A stretch of DNA of 64,000 nt from Diplonema japonicum (GCA_964019335.1 OZ025672.1:124001-188000); one strand, 5' to 3'; positions 21,618-33,822 are shown, numbered from the stretch's first letter. Made by a program: numbers and translations. The notes: a model not told the origin generated them from the letters alone.

Positions 21618-23195
21618 TCACTCTTTGCGAACTCCTATATCAACCATCATACACCTGTGGATCAATCGGCAAACATCAATGACTGTGAATATATATAAAA
21701 ATCACCCCCCATTAAACATACCCCCTTGTGGCGGTGTTTGACAGCTCGCTACACCAATAACAGAGAGCGTGGTGACCTCGGGGAAGATATGAGCCACATG
21801 CCTTCCGAGTGTGGTCCTTTTAAGCATCAACCTCGCTTCTTTAGGATCCGAGTACATCTTAACAAACGGGTTGAGAATATGCGTGGGATCGGCGTCAGAG
21901 CGGCTAAGGAAAGGAACACACATCATGGTCAAGACAGCAGGGGAAGTCTGCGATTTGAAATGGAAGTACAACGTGGTGGGGTGGCGGAGTTGTGTTTTCA
22001 AAGCACGGAGCTTATAGGCTGCCATGATGGCACCGATATCAGGTGTGGCGGTGGCTGTCAGTCTGTCAAAGGAATCCAAGACATCAGGCTGCATAAGTGC
22101 CAGCTCCTGGTAAGCATTGTCCTTCAGCAGGTCACGCATAGTGTCATTGTACACCTCGCAAGCAGATACCACAGCACCGGGAACCAGTTGTTGCCCGTAG
22201 GCAAAACACTTCTCGGGTTCAGCAGGTATGTTACCGCTTGCTGCAACATAGATCTGCATAGTGTTTGTCACTACCTTTGCGTTCATGACCTCGCACGCAC
22301 CGACAGCAACGCTGTCCAGTTCGAAGGCAGCTTTCTTCTCATCAGAACCTATCTTCACCTCAGTCCCCCTCAGTCCTGTAGTCTCCACCATGGGATGCTC
22401 CGACCCCAACCACAGACACCCTTTAATGTTGTTCGATAGAAGGGATACCCTGGCTTCCATTCTTTTGCGTTGGTCCGTTGCCGACTGGAGTTGGTTGTTG
22501 GTGTCCATTCGGAGTGCCATCACCTTTGACACAGTGTCCTCCTTCGTGAGGACGGTCTCGCGTGCTGCGTCTCTTTTTGAGCAGAGAAGCGCCTTTGAGG
22601 CTTCTAGCTGTGCTGTCTTCACGTTGATTTGGATCTCGTCCTGCTCTAGCTCGTGGAGGGTGCGTTTTAATGCAGCTACTTCTGTAGCAGCGGTGGTGCT
22701 GCGTTTGTGTATTGATTCGTAAGCTGACTTTGATGCGTTGTAGGCGGTGACGGCGGTGGCTAGGCGGGATTTGAGGGTTTCTTGTTGTTCGGTTTGGGTA
22801 GGGTCGTCGAGGTGTTCTTCCCACATGGACTTGTCGTCTGCTATACGGCCTAGGAGGACCACGCGCATTTCCTCAATCTTTTCTGTTCCGATTTCTTGTA
22901 CTCGTTGGATTTCCTGCCCGTTCAGCTTTCCCCCGCGGTTTTCCTTCTTGCACTCGTCGAGACTGTCGCGCTGGTTCTTCTTCAGCTCCCTTAGCTTCTC
23001 CTTTGCTTCGGTTAGCTTTGTCTTCATCTCGGTCACGCCTTCGTCGAGCTTGATGAGGTTTTCGATCTCCTCTTCCCCGATGCACCCTGGTTTGTTCCCC
23101 TTTCTGGGTGGGCCTCCATACGGCGCCATTCTGTTCTTTTTGGAATCAACGCTTGAAAAAGCTCCCCGGCCACCGGCAGTTGCACGTGCCGGCAT
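21618..23195 (-). CDS. Coiled-coil protein with degenerate C-terminal kinesin-14-like motor domain (intron 21683-21721)
   Basis: Long coiled coil, then LSNNIKGCL (cf. LKGNIRVFC), FELDSV (cf. FxFDxV) and VSACEVYNDTMRDLL (cf. VSFLEIYNExIRDLL). No P-loop or DLAGSE. A 39-nt intron restores a C-terminal helix. Confidence 0.75.
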
Positions 23196-23257
23196 TTTTT
23201 TTTTTTTTTTTTCCTTCCTTTTTTTCCCCTTATCGAAAAAAAAAAAAAAAAAAAACT

Positions 23258-23485
23258 TCAATTCAACTCTGGTGCAATATCTGTTGTTGCCTCTGGCACT
23301 GTTAAAAACGAAAGCAGCTCTCCAATCAAGGCCACTGCACTGTCTGGTGCTTTCAAGTGTGTCACCTGCCCAAGATATGAAACCTTTGCTAGATACGAAT
23401 TATGTCTGACTTTAACTTGTATTGACTGCACGCTTGCATTTTTGGGGGGTGCTGGGACGCCCCTTGGGGGGCTTTTCGGGGGCAT
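23258..23485 (-). CDS. Small hypothetical protein (75 aa)
   Basis: Complex-sequence island between homopolymer tracts; ATG follows TCTTCACAG and an A-rich leader. Confidence 0.4.
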   Translation of the reverse strand: MPPKSPPRGVPAPPKNASVQSIQVKVRHNSYLAKVSYLGQVTHLKAPDSAVALIGELLSFLTVPEATTDIAPELN

Positions 23486-23699
23486 TTTCTGTTTTTTTTG
23501 CCCTGTGAAGATGAGTGTGAATAATGCCACAAATGGAACACGCGAAGTAAATAGAGGGAGGGAAGGAACAAAAGAAAAAAAAAAGGAAAAAAAGTGTAGT
23601 AGAGCTAAAAAAAAAAAAATAGTTGGAAAGAAAAAAAAAGAAGAAAAAAAAAGAGAGAGAGAATTGAGAATGGAGGAGGGGAAAAAAAAAGGGGGGGGG

Positions 23700-25382
23700 A
23701 AATCAGGCATTTTTTTCTTCTTGTGCGCATTTACGAGAATTATTTCTTTTCTTTTTTTCTCTTTTTTTTTTTTGAACTTCTTTTTTCAGACCTTTGCAGG
23801 AGGCAAGAAAGGAAACGAAATTCGGTATAGAACCGTATACCGTAACCTTTTAAGGGCACTCTCGCAAGGGTGTCACTCCACCAAAACATCAGGAAAGTAT
23901 ACATCAGGGCAGTGCGTTAGAAAAACCCTTTTTTTCGTTCTCTTTTTTTTTTTTTAAAGCTTTAAGAGTTTATCCCAAAAAATATAAGAAGAAGAAAAAA
24001 AAAAGAAATGGCAAAGCCCATTTGTCATAAAGAAAGAAAAACTGGTCAAAAAAAAACTAAAAAAAAAAAAAAGGAAAAAATTGATTCTGTAAAACTGCGC
24101 TGCCATTGTTCCCCCCCCCCCCCCTTTCTTTTTTTTATAAAAAAGCTTCGACAATCTTATCACAAACAATCAAAAACAAACAAACAACAAAAAAAAAACT
24201 TTTTGTTTGCGTAACGGTTATGACATTCTTTTTCTTTTTTTTTCTTTTTTCTTTTTTTTTGATAACTACATATAACAAGTGTTTCTGTTCATCATGAAGA
24301 AAAAAAAAAGAAGAAAAAAAATTCAAATTTGTGGCCGAGGTGGCTCTATAGTAATTTACTAGAAACCGATTGCCCGGCTCTGCTGTGTCATAACCCAAGG
24401 CATTTTTTTTTTTTTTTTTTTCTTTTTTTTTTTTATCAGAGAGTGTCCCTACAATGTGCTGCTTTAGGGGGGTGCTGCCACGCACCTACACACTGCACTT
24501 TACCGACGCTAGCCGCTGATGCATAGCGCCCGGGGGAGCGCGAGTAGGGCCAGTGTCACTGGGCCTCCTAAAAAGAAGGAAAAAATTCAAAAAAAAAAGA
24601 AAAAGAAAGAGAATAAAAAAAAGAAAGAAGAAGGAACTGGAGTTGTTTGTACATACCGGCCCCTCCCCCCCCCCCTTTTTTTCTTTGTGTGAGACAAAAG
24701 TCAAAGACTCTTTTCTTTTGCAAAAAAAAAAAATTCTTTTTTTTTGATTATTGTCAGAAACAAACAAAAAAAAAAAACCTTTGAAAGAAGAATTTAAAAA
24801 AAAAATATAAAAAAAAGAATAACAAAAGGCAAAGTATATATATTTTTTTTTATAAGGGATGGGGGGGTTTTTGAGAGCGTGCCTTTTATTTTCTTTTTAT
24901 ATTTTCTTTTCTTTTTTTTACTTATAGTTTTCTTTGTTTGTCTTTGGGTGCGAATTTTCGGCCCTATCGGGGAAAGCACCTTATGAGGGACGTGGGAAGG
25001 CCCAAAATGGGCAGCCGCTCCAGTGTCGCCCACCAACCAAAAATACACAGCCCGCAAATGAGGAATGGAGGAATGGAAGAAAAAAAAAAAAAAGGAGAAT
25101 AAATAAAGTGTAAATTCTTATTAGAGGCAAGAGGTGCTAAGAGTAAGCCGCCTAAACCTGGCCCTAATAAAAAAAAATTCATGTTCTTTTTTTCCCCCCC
25201 CCTCTCCCTCCTCCTTAAAGATATTGTGTGACTCGAAAGAAGCGATCGTCCCTACTTTTTTTTCGAAGGGATTCTTAATGGAGGAGGTAGTTAAAAATAT
25301 TCGTTCCTCAGTAAGGTAAGTAAAAGGGAAAAAAAAAAAAAAAAAAAAAAAAAAAGGAAAAAGGGAGCTAAGAAAAAAATAT

Positions 25383-25414
<32 letters not shown>

Positions 25415-25989
25415 CGAGAGGAAGTATGAAAGGTATAGTATTTTATTTTAAACCCCTCATATCTCTGCTTCCGTCGACTCTTGTTTTGGTACAAAATGGC
25501 TGTGTTCAGATACCCTCTGCGATATCGATTTTCTTTTTTCTTACACCATTTTTTTTTTTTTTTTTTTTTTTTTTCCTTTTGCCATCGGGCGAAGTGTGCC
25601 GCTTCGGGAGCAAGAGATAAAAATGGGGCAATTTGTAAGCCGGATTTGGGATTATTTTACACCCGTATTTATTATGTACTGTAGGGAACACGTCACATAA
25701 AAATACATTTTTTTTTTTTTTTTTTTTTTTTTAAATCTGAGGCTAGATGGCCGAACTTCAGCACATTCCAAAAATAAAGCCCAAAACCGGCTTTATGCTA
25801 CATTTTCATAAAGTTCTAGGAATGCTGTTGAAGAAAAAAAAAAAAAAAAGGCGAAAATGAGCGGAGAAAATGACCTCCACTGAGGTGGCAAAACCCTTTG
25901 TACTTTTCTTTTCTCCCCCCCCCCCCCCGGATTTTGGAACCCGTTCACAGTATGTAATAATCGCAAATAATTTTGGTAATTAGAGAATT

Positions 25990-26022
<33 letters not shown>

Positions 26023-26379
26023 CCCTTTTCCCACTCATTTTAAATTACTTTCACGCTGCACTCGGGGCTCATGACTTTTTCATGCCAATTTTCTTCACTC
26101 CACGGTGAAGCAATGGCTGTTTGCCATGAGGCAATAATGGGTAAACAATACACCCTCAATCAGTACAGGCTTTTGTGCCCATGTTGTGAAACAATTTCAA
26201 AGTATCGTGGAAAAAAGAAAAAAAAAAAAAAAACCACTCACCCACCGCCAAAGAATGACTTCACCTGCCGGTCCCACATTTTCCGTATTTTACCTACGAC
26301 TTCCCTGCAGGCCCTCGAAGGTAAAAATGTGGAATTCTGAGATAACAGTAAAACCGTTCCCGTTGTTGGCAGTAGTTTT

Positions 26380-26411
<32 letters not shown>

Positions 26412-26498
26412 TCTGTTTTCTTTTTTTTTTTTTTGCTTTTTTTTTTTTCTTCTCCTCTTACGCGTCACAGTAGGTTGGTTAGACTTTAAATAGAACCG

Positions 26499-26529
<31 letters not shown>

Positions 26530-27822
26530 CCCATCTCACTATGTCTTTAGGCATAAATCTTACTATTCCGTTTTCATAAACAAGGTGTGTTTGTCCCAGA
26601 ACCCCTCCCCCCCCTTTTTTTAATTCTTCGTTCCTTCAAACGGAGAAATAGATTTTTCCATGAAAAGGAAGAAAAAAAAATGACCAGGGAGGGGGAGAGG
26701 AGGGGATGAGAAGCAGGGGGAGGAAGAAAAAAAATAGTGTAAATATATAAAAGGTAAAAAAAAGGGGGGGGGGGAAAGCTAGTAATAGGACCCAGAGGAG
26801 AAGAGGTGAGAAGGAAAAAGGTCAAAATTGTGACCTAACTCAACTTTAAGTATTCACACAATCAACTTTGTTAAGTTTTAGGAAGAAAAGAAGAAGAAGA
26901 AGAAAAAAAAAAAAAAAAAAACCAAAAGGCGTCTTGCGCACTTGGCAAACTCAAGAACTCGGCAGCCCACACATTACCAGAGGAGAGTAAAATACATAGT
27001 TAAGACACCTAGGATAACTGAGATGGCTGAGCAGCGAGAAAAGAAAAAAAAAAAGAAAATAATGAAATAAATGAGAAGTAGAGAAACCCTTTACAGTGAA
27101 TAAAAAATCTTTTTTTTGAATGTTGTCAGTCCGTCCCTGGGTGGACCTTGCTTTTTTTTCCCCCCCTTCTTTTTTTTCCTTTTGGCTCTGCTGTGAGTAT
27201 ATTTAAGAAAGGATACATGAATACATTAGAATTTCAGAGTCGGAAAAAAAAAAAAAAAAAGAAGAAGAAAAAGAAAAAGTTTTTTTTCGCACTCATTTTG
27301 TTTTTTTTTTTAAAGGGGGGACAATATGCCGCAGAAAAGGTTCAACACTGTCCTTCCCCTTTTTTTTCTTTTTTTTTTGTTTTGTTTTTTTTTTTTCTTT
27401 TTTTTTTTTGCTTCAAAAAAAAATGTTACTCTCCCCCTTTTTCTCGCCCCTGTCTCCCTCGTTCCCTTCTTTTTTTTTCTTTGAAAGAGGTCAAAGGGGC
27501 AGCTTGTGTTCGCGTTTGTTTTTTCTTTTTTTTTTTGCTGCCCTTCCCTTCCTCTATCTTTAAAAAAAAGGGGAAGGTGGGAGGAAAGACGGCGAGAAAC
27601 TGGGGAAAGGGGGATGGGAAGGGGGGGGGAAGAAAAATGAGCATAAAAAGTGTAATTTAAAAAAAAAAAAAAAGTTAAGAAGAGAAAGAAAGGGGAAAAC
27701 ATAAATAAAAGAGGAACTGGCCGTTGTTTGTACGTGCCAGGAAACCTGGAGAAGTTTGTCAACCCGAAACACGTTGCCAACGTTCCCCTTTTGTTTAGAC
27801 AAGTCAAAGACTCGTTCTTGCA

Positions 27823-27854
<32 letters not shown>

Positions 27855-28995
27855 TGCACAAAAATATGAAAACTCGTGAAAGTTTTTTTCCCCCCCACTT
27901 TTTTTTTAATTTTTTTAATTTTTTTTATTTCCTTTTTCTTTCTTTTAACCTCTCCAAAATTTTTTTTCTTCTTTTCTTTGTTTTTTTTTTTTTTCTTCTT
28001 NNNNNNNNNNNNNNNNNNNNNNNNNNNNNNNNNNNNNNNNNNNNNNNNNNNNNNNNNNNNNNNNNNNNNNNNNNNNNNNNNNNNNNNNNNNNNNNNNNNN
28101 NNNNNNNNNNNNNNNNNNNNNNNNNNNNNNNNNNNNNNNNNNNNNNNNNNNNNNNNNNNNNNNNNNNNNNNNNNNNNNNNNNNNNNNNNNNNNNNNNNNN
28201 AACACACAAACACCAACAGTTTCTTTTTCTTCCTTTTCTTTTTTTTTTCTTTTTTTGATAATTACAATGAGAAGAAAGGGGGAGGGAGGGAGGGAGGGAG
28301 GGAGGAAAGAAGAGGGGCTTTTTTTTCTTTTTTTTTTCTTCCTTTTTTTTTTAAAATTAAGAAATAACGCTAGATTTCTATTCCCTCAGCACACATTTCT
28401 TTTTTTTTTTTCTCGTTTGTACCTGGAGAAAGATTTAACACAAGAATAACCACAACGCAATAGCACCCTCTTTCTTTTTGGTTTCTTTTTTTTTTTCTTC
28501 TTTTTTTTCTTTTCTCTTCTTTTCTTTTCTTTCGCGCCATATTTTTAAACTTACTAAAATCTTAATTAATTAACCTTTCTTTTAGCAAGCTTTTCTTCGA
28601 ATTAAAAAAAGCCCCCCCTTTTTTTTAAACCTTTAATTAACTAAGACCATCAACGTATTAATTTTTGCCGGTCAAAGGGGCCACGAAGATAATAGTAAAA
28701 ATACGATATTAGTGTATTTCCTGCTTTCTTTTTCTCCCTTCCCGACCAATCGATTTCTTAAACTAAACCACAACTGGCAGGAAAATTGAAAATGAAATAG
28801 AGAAACATTCATTTTTTTTTTTGAGAACATATATTTTTTTTTTTTTTTTTTTTTTTGCAAGGCGAGGAAGTAACTTTGAATATAAAAAAGGGGGAAAAGA
28901 AAAAAAAAAGAGAAAAAAAAAGATAGGTAAGGGGACATGGAGGGGTGGGGGAGAAGAGGTTTTTTTTTTTTTTTTCTCTTTTTCTTTTTCTCTCC

Positions 28996-29026
<31 letters not shown>

Positions 29027-29160
29027 TTTTTTTAGAGTCAAAAAAAAGAAAATAGCGGTATAGCCCTCTTTCTCCCCCACTTAAAAAAAAAAAAAAAAAA
29101 AAAAAAAGACCTCTATCATATATTTTTCCCCCCTCTTTTTTTTTTCTTTTTTTCTCCCTT
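23700..29160. repeat. Gene-poor low-complexity region of A/T/G/C homopolymer runs with short dispersed motifs
   Basis: Dozens of 10-30 nt mononucleotide runs. ORFs here are only poly-K or poly-F artefacts. Confidence 0.85.
28001..28200. other. Assembly gap (200 N)
   Basis: Run of N. Confidence 1.
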
Positions 29161-29164
29161 ACTC

Positions 29165-30100
29165 TCAGAACCCGAGAAGGGGCGGCGGAGTCATAGGGTT
29201 CGAAAAGTTTCCACTCTGCGGCGAAAGGAAAGCAGCTTCCCAACGAGAGAAGGCGGCATCGTGGTCCCCACCAACAGTTGATGACGATGGTGAGTTTTCG
29301 TTGCTACCAAGCCAGTCAGAAGACCCGGACCCATCATCATGGTCAGTGGGAGTGCCCTGCACAGGCTTCACAAGCAGAGTGATCGATTTCCATTTGTACT
29401 CCCACTTTGGCCCGAAGCTGGTCTCCTTCAAAAGAGGCCTAGCACCCTTGATGATGGTGAGGATGTCATCAGCATGTACATCGATAAGGGACACCTTTTG
29501 CCCCTGCTTGGTCCTCACAATGGAGTTTCCAATGAAGCTTTTCTTCGTCTTGGTCTGGTCGATCTTTTCAATACCGCCACTGCAGTCCAGGAACACAGGC
29601 AGGTCTTTAACATCAACATCAATGTGGAGGGACATTGTTGGGTCCTCCGGGAGCTGTAGTACAGTTGTAACCTTAGGAAGTGTGGGGGAGCACATTAAAG
29701 TCTGGAGCAATGCCTCAGAGACGGAGGGGCTTGTGAACTGTTTAAAGACCTTTTTGGAGTTCGGTTTGTGTACCTTTGTGGTGGTGAGCTGTGAGGGGTG
29801 GAAGGTTTCTAATAGTGCTCTTGTGGCTTCCTCGGCGGTGATGGTGCACCTGCTTGGTCTTTGCTTCCACTCGGCGCTCTCCCTGATGCACTGGGCGAGG
29901 TGCTTGAACACTTTTACCGTGCATTCGCTGCTCACAGGGCTGAACACCACCCCCTCCTCCGCAGTCCCTAGCTGCGCCCTCGCAGCGCTCAGCTCGGCTT
30001 CGGCAACCTTCAACGCATCCTTCAACGCCCACACCCTTGCCTCACAGTCAAGCTCCTTCTGCTTGCACTGCGTGAAATCCAAGTGTTGCGGGGTCATCAT
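29165..30100 (-). CDS. Hypothetical protein (311 aa) with short N-terminal coiled coil
   Basis: ORF exactly fills a GC-balanced island bounded by homopolymer tracts. No family recognised. Confidence 0.8.
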   Translation of the reverse strand: MMTPQHLDFTQCKQKELDCEARVWALKDALKVAEAELSAARAQLGTAEEGVVFSPVSSECTVKVFKHLAQCIRESAEWKQRPSRCTITAEEATRALLETFHPSQLTTTKVHKPNSKKVFKQFTSPSVSEALLQTLMCSPTLPKVTTVLQLPEDPTMSLHIDVDVKDLPVFLDCSGGIEKIDQTKTKKSFIGNSIVRTKQGQKVSLIDVHADDILTIIKGARPLLKETSFGPKWEYKWKSITLLVKPVQGTPTDHDDGSGSSDWLGSNENSPSSSTVGGDHDAAFSRWEAAFLSPQSGNFSNPMTPPPLLGF

Positions 30101-30118
30101 TTTATTCTTTTTTTGTGT

Positions 30119-30150
<32 letters not shown>

Positions 30151-30406
30151 GGAAAAATCCTGTGGAGGGGGATAATTTTCTTCTTTTTTAAAAGAGCGAA
30201 GGAAATAAAAAAAAAAAAAAAAAAAAAAGAAGAAGAAAGAGACATTTAAGGGTACCTCAGAACGTCTGAAGGGTTAAAATAATGCAATCTTTTCCAAAAA
30301 AAAAAAGAGGAACTGGCCGTCGTTTGTATGTGAAAAAAAAAGACGATAAATGGGCTAAAAAAGAAAAATGCTCGTCTTTACCCCCCCCCCCCCCCCCCCC
30401 CTTCTT

Positions 30407-31111
30407 TCAATCGCTGATCTCAATGTATCCGATCGGTTGCTCTTCCTTTCTTCGTTGAGGGGCGGGGTTTTTCTTCTCACGGAGGAGGCTGGAAATGTTG
30501 GGGGTGTTGCTCTCGGGTTTTCGTCGTTTGCCTGCTGGCTGGCCATTCTTGCTTGGTTTTCTCTTCTTTTCCGGTTCTCTGACTTTCACGTAGTTCCCGC
30601 CGCAGGACTGCAAGTGCGGGATGTACCCAACGTCACGCGGCGCTGGAGCCCTGTTCATGGACCGCTTGATGATGCGTTTACAATTTGAACACTCCCACCA
30701 ATGCGTTCTAAAGTGATCCACTTCATCGTGAAACGAATGGTAGATAGTAATACTTGTCCCTAACTGTTTGTTGATTCGATGCATGTGGTACTGAAAGCAT
30801 GGACCATGGTCGTCTCTGTCGGTGTTGTTTTTGGTCAAAAACAGGTACGCGTGTATGCACTCATGCAGCAGAGTGTTAATGGTATCCTCCACAGGACGAA
30901 GTTTTAACAAAGGTCCTGACAGTTTAATACTGCAGCCGGTGCCGTGCCCGCCGTACGTGCACAGCCCAGCACACAGGGTCATCCGTTTGCTCCACTCCAC
31001 ATAGGCACGATCCAGCTTGCCTTCAAACAACGTTCTATTGTACTTTATGAACAACGCGTGCACATCAGGACACGGGTCGATGAGGTCGCCCTTCGACACA
31101 CCGTTGAACAT
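30407..31111 (-). CDS. SPRTN: SprT-like (Spartan/DVC1) DNA-protein crosslink metalloprotease
   Basis: VEWSKRMTLCAGLC, TLLHECIHAYLF (HExxH), DRDDHGPCF, TIYHSFHDEV, IKRSMNRAP and CGGNYVKV. Confidence 0.92.
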   Translation of the reverse strand: MFNGVSKGDLIDPCPDVHALFIKYNRTLFEGKLDRAYVEWSKRMTLCAGLCTYGGHGTGCSIKLSGPLLKLRPVEDTINTLLHECIHAYLFLTKNNTDRDDHGPCFQYHMHRINKQLGTSITIYHSFHDEVDHFRTHWWECSNCKRIIKRSMNRAPAPRDVGYIPHLQSCGGNYVKVREPEKKRKPSKNGQPAGKRRKPESNTPNISSLLREKKNPAPQRRKEEQPIGYIEISD

Positions 31112-31269
31112 CCTTTTTCAAAAAAAAAGAAAAGAAATAAAAAAAGTAAAGGGGGACGAAATAACACAATAAATATAAATATAAAAATAAAACCATTTTA
31201 TTATGTACATTTTTTTTTTTTTTTTCTTTTCTTTTCCGGAAGGAAATATTTTTTTTTTCTTTTTCTTTT

Positions 31270-32511
31270 TTAAACCTTCGCGCGTTGCAGCAGCAAGTAC
31301 GAGAATTCTTCGAATGTAATGTGGTCGGGGGTGGGGCTGTTTTTGTTCTCCAGGTTTTCAAACAAACGCGAAACGTCTGCTGGACACCCGAACGACTCGA
31401 ACTTGGTCCACATATTCTTACACTCCGACTTCGAAAGCATCCCATTCGAGTCCTTGTCCAAACTGTCATAAATTTCACGAAGCCTCTTCGGATTGAAAAC
31501 CGCACTAGGATACACATACCCGCAATGGGTAAGCGCGTTGTTATTAATGTGAGGTGCGGGAGCAGAGAATGTCTCGGAGCAGGCATTGACAACAGATCCC
31601 TTTGAGAGGAAGCAGCACGACCCGTTCTGGGAGCGGTTGATGTCGTTGTGGATTGATTCAGGGTCGTCAGAAGGGTCCCAAGAGCACAACCACACCCCAC
31701 AGGAATAACATGCCACACCGTCTGGATCACCGGGAAGCGGAGCGTGAAAAAACCCAGCACGTGCCAATGTAACTGGATTGCAAGTTGTTGATTTTATAGG
31801 GTAATCGGTGAACGATCCTAAACGAACGGCTTCGTCTTGCATTGCGGCTTTTTTCTTGGACATTTGTAGGAGAGCCTCTCGTCGTTTGTCCATGTTTGTT
31901 ATCCGGTAGCTCCGTGGGCTGTCGTCGGGGCGTTTTGAACCGTTTTCCTCCACCGCGGCACCATTTAGAACTGAATTTCTGAATTCTTCCAAACAGGACT
32001 TCAACCATGCAACCCACGGGACCGAACCCGCGCTGTGGTTCATCGATATTAGCGAGAGTGAGAAGTTGTACAAAAGCGGATCAATCGTACAGGTAGCGTG
32101 TTCCCTGACGTCTGCTAAGGTACGTTCGATGAGGTCGATATCTGTGGAGAAGTCAGAACTCCGTCCCAGAGATGCGGTACCTTCCCGTATCTCTTCAAGG
32201 GCGAGGCGAACGACGGCTGCTCGGAAAGCTTCTCCTTCGGATATTGTCGCTATCTTGTCTAGAAGTTCGGCGTCGTGCTTCACCATTTTGCAGCCTTGTA
32301 TGGTTGCGCTGATGATTTCTATTTCTGGGTCTGCGAGGCCGCCGTCTTCGTTTTCCACGCCGATCCTTTTGCTGCACTGTCTTATGAACCACAAATCTTC
32401 GTTTGATGCCTCTGGTGAGCTGCTTTCTCTTTTTAGTATCACACACATTGATCTCAATGCGAATGTCAGGTACTGCGCCCTCGACACCTCGTTGAGATTT
32501 AATACTTTCAT
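31270..32511 (-). CDS. BIR-domain protein with C-terminal EF-hand pair
   Basis: RLGSF..P...LARAGFF...DGVACYSCGVWLCSWDPSDDPESIH...CCFL fits BIR. LREIYDSLDKDSNGMLSKSE and DHITFEEF fit EF-hands. Confidence 0.85.
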   Translation of the reverse strand: MKVLNLNEVSRAQYLTFALRSMCVILKRESSSPEASNEDLWFIRQCSKRIGVENEDGGLADPEIEIISATIQGCKMVKHDAELLDKIATISEGEAFRAAVVRLALEEIREGTASLGRSSDFSTDIDLIERTLADVREHATCTIDPLLYNFSLSLISMNHSAGSVPWVAWLKSCLEEFRNSVLNGAAVEENGSKRPDDSPRSYRITNMDKRREALLQMSKKKAAMQDEAVRLGSFTDYPIKSTTCNPVTLARAGFFHAPLPGDPDGVACYSCGVWLCSWDPSDDPESIHNDINRSQNGSCCFLSKGSVVNACSETFSAPAPHINNNALTHCGYVYPSAVFNPKRLREIYDSLDKDSNGMLSKSECKNMWTKFESFGCPADVSRLFENLENKNSPTPDHITFEEFSYLLLQRAKV

Positions 32512-32659
32512 ACCCCTTCCTCCACCCCCTACCCCCCCCCCCCCCCCCGCCCTTTTTTTTCTTTTGGGGGGTTTTTTTTTCTTCTGAAAACTTTAAAAAA
32601 AAAAAGATTTTCAGTGTGTAAATGGGTTTTTTTTTTCCTTCCCCTTTGCCCCCCAAACA

Positions 32660-32949
32660 TCATTTTTTCGCTGCGGGGTGTGGTGCTGCTTTTTTCTGAT
32701 GGACTGTAGGGGTGTAAGGCAGCTCCCCGCAGTGAATAGATCCGTATGCTCTGAAAGTTTTATTTCATTTTTTTTCTTTCCCTTTTTTTTTTCTTCTTCT
32801 GCTTTTTCTTTTTCTTCTTTTCTTTCTCGCTCTGAAGCATACCGGGCCAAGGGGGCCACTATAGTGTCGTGTTGCCACTGTTGCATATGAGTAGCCTCCG
32901 AACCCTCATAGAGCTTTGCTAGGTACAAGCAATTTTTATCCTCGGGCAT
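32660..32949 (-). CDS. Small hypothetical protein (65 aa), 2 exons (intron 32751-32842)
   Basis: A GTATG...TTTCAG purine-rich intron joins MPEDK...VAPLAR to AYGSIHCGELPY...PAAKK-stop. Confidence 0.55.
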
Positions 32950-33780
32950 TTTCTTTTTTTTTTTCCCTCCGCTTTTTTTTCTTCTTCTTTCTTATTCAAT
33001 TTAAAAGATAAAGTATAAGAGGAAGCAAAAAAGAGGGGGGAAGAAGAAACCAAAAGCAATATCTGCAGTTTTGATAACGCTTGATTCTCAGTCATTTTCA
33101 CCTCCTCCCAAATGACCAAACGAATGTTTGATTCCGGAAATTCGTATTTTGACGAATCGTTTGAAACCTCAAGATCGTAAAAAAAAAAAAAAAAAAAAAA
33201 AAGCAAAAAGCAAAAGCAAGTCATTTCTTTGTTTGGGCAACAACGATTAAGCTTTCCTAATGAAGAAAGCTTCCAGCATATTCTTTTTTTCTGATAACTA
33301 CAAATAACAAATGTTTCTGTTCATCATAAAAAAAAATTTTTAAAAAAAATTGAAAAGAGGAAGTGGTGGTTTCTTTTTTGGGGAAGGAAAGGGGGGGGGG
33401 GGGGGGAAACATATATGTAAAGAGATGAAGGAAGCCGGTGTTGGTGGCGCCCTGCACAAGACGTATCTACTAGATTACGGGAGGCGCACCTCGGCCCAGC
33501 TACAGCATCTTCTGCGTTCTGCGTTGTGTCCTTCAATGCGGTGCGCAGCCAATCTGCACTATACGTTCTACCACAAGGGTGCAACTGGTGATGACCGACG
33601 AGGAGGTCAACAGCAAACAACACATCTATACACAATAAAAATAAAAATAAAAATGAAACAAAAAAGAGAGGGGAGGGAGGGAATCCGTTGGTGCACAAGG
33701 CCGGTTTTCCTTTTTTTGTTTTTTTTTTCTTTGTTATACAGCAAATGCTACTGAGGGCCAGAAAGTTGCTCCTCAACGGG

Positions 33781-33822
<42 letters not shown>

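Noticed and set aside
23389-29243. Poly-Lys and poly-Phe ORFs, including those crossing the N gap
   Set aside because: They are translations of homopolymer runs.
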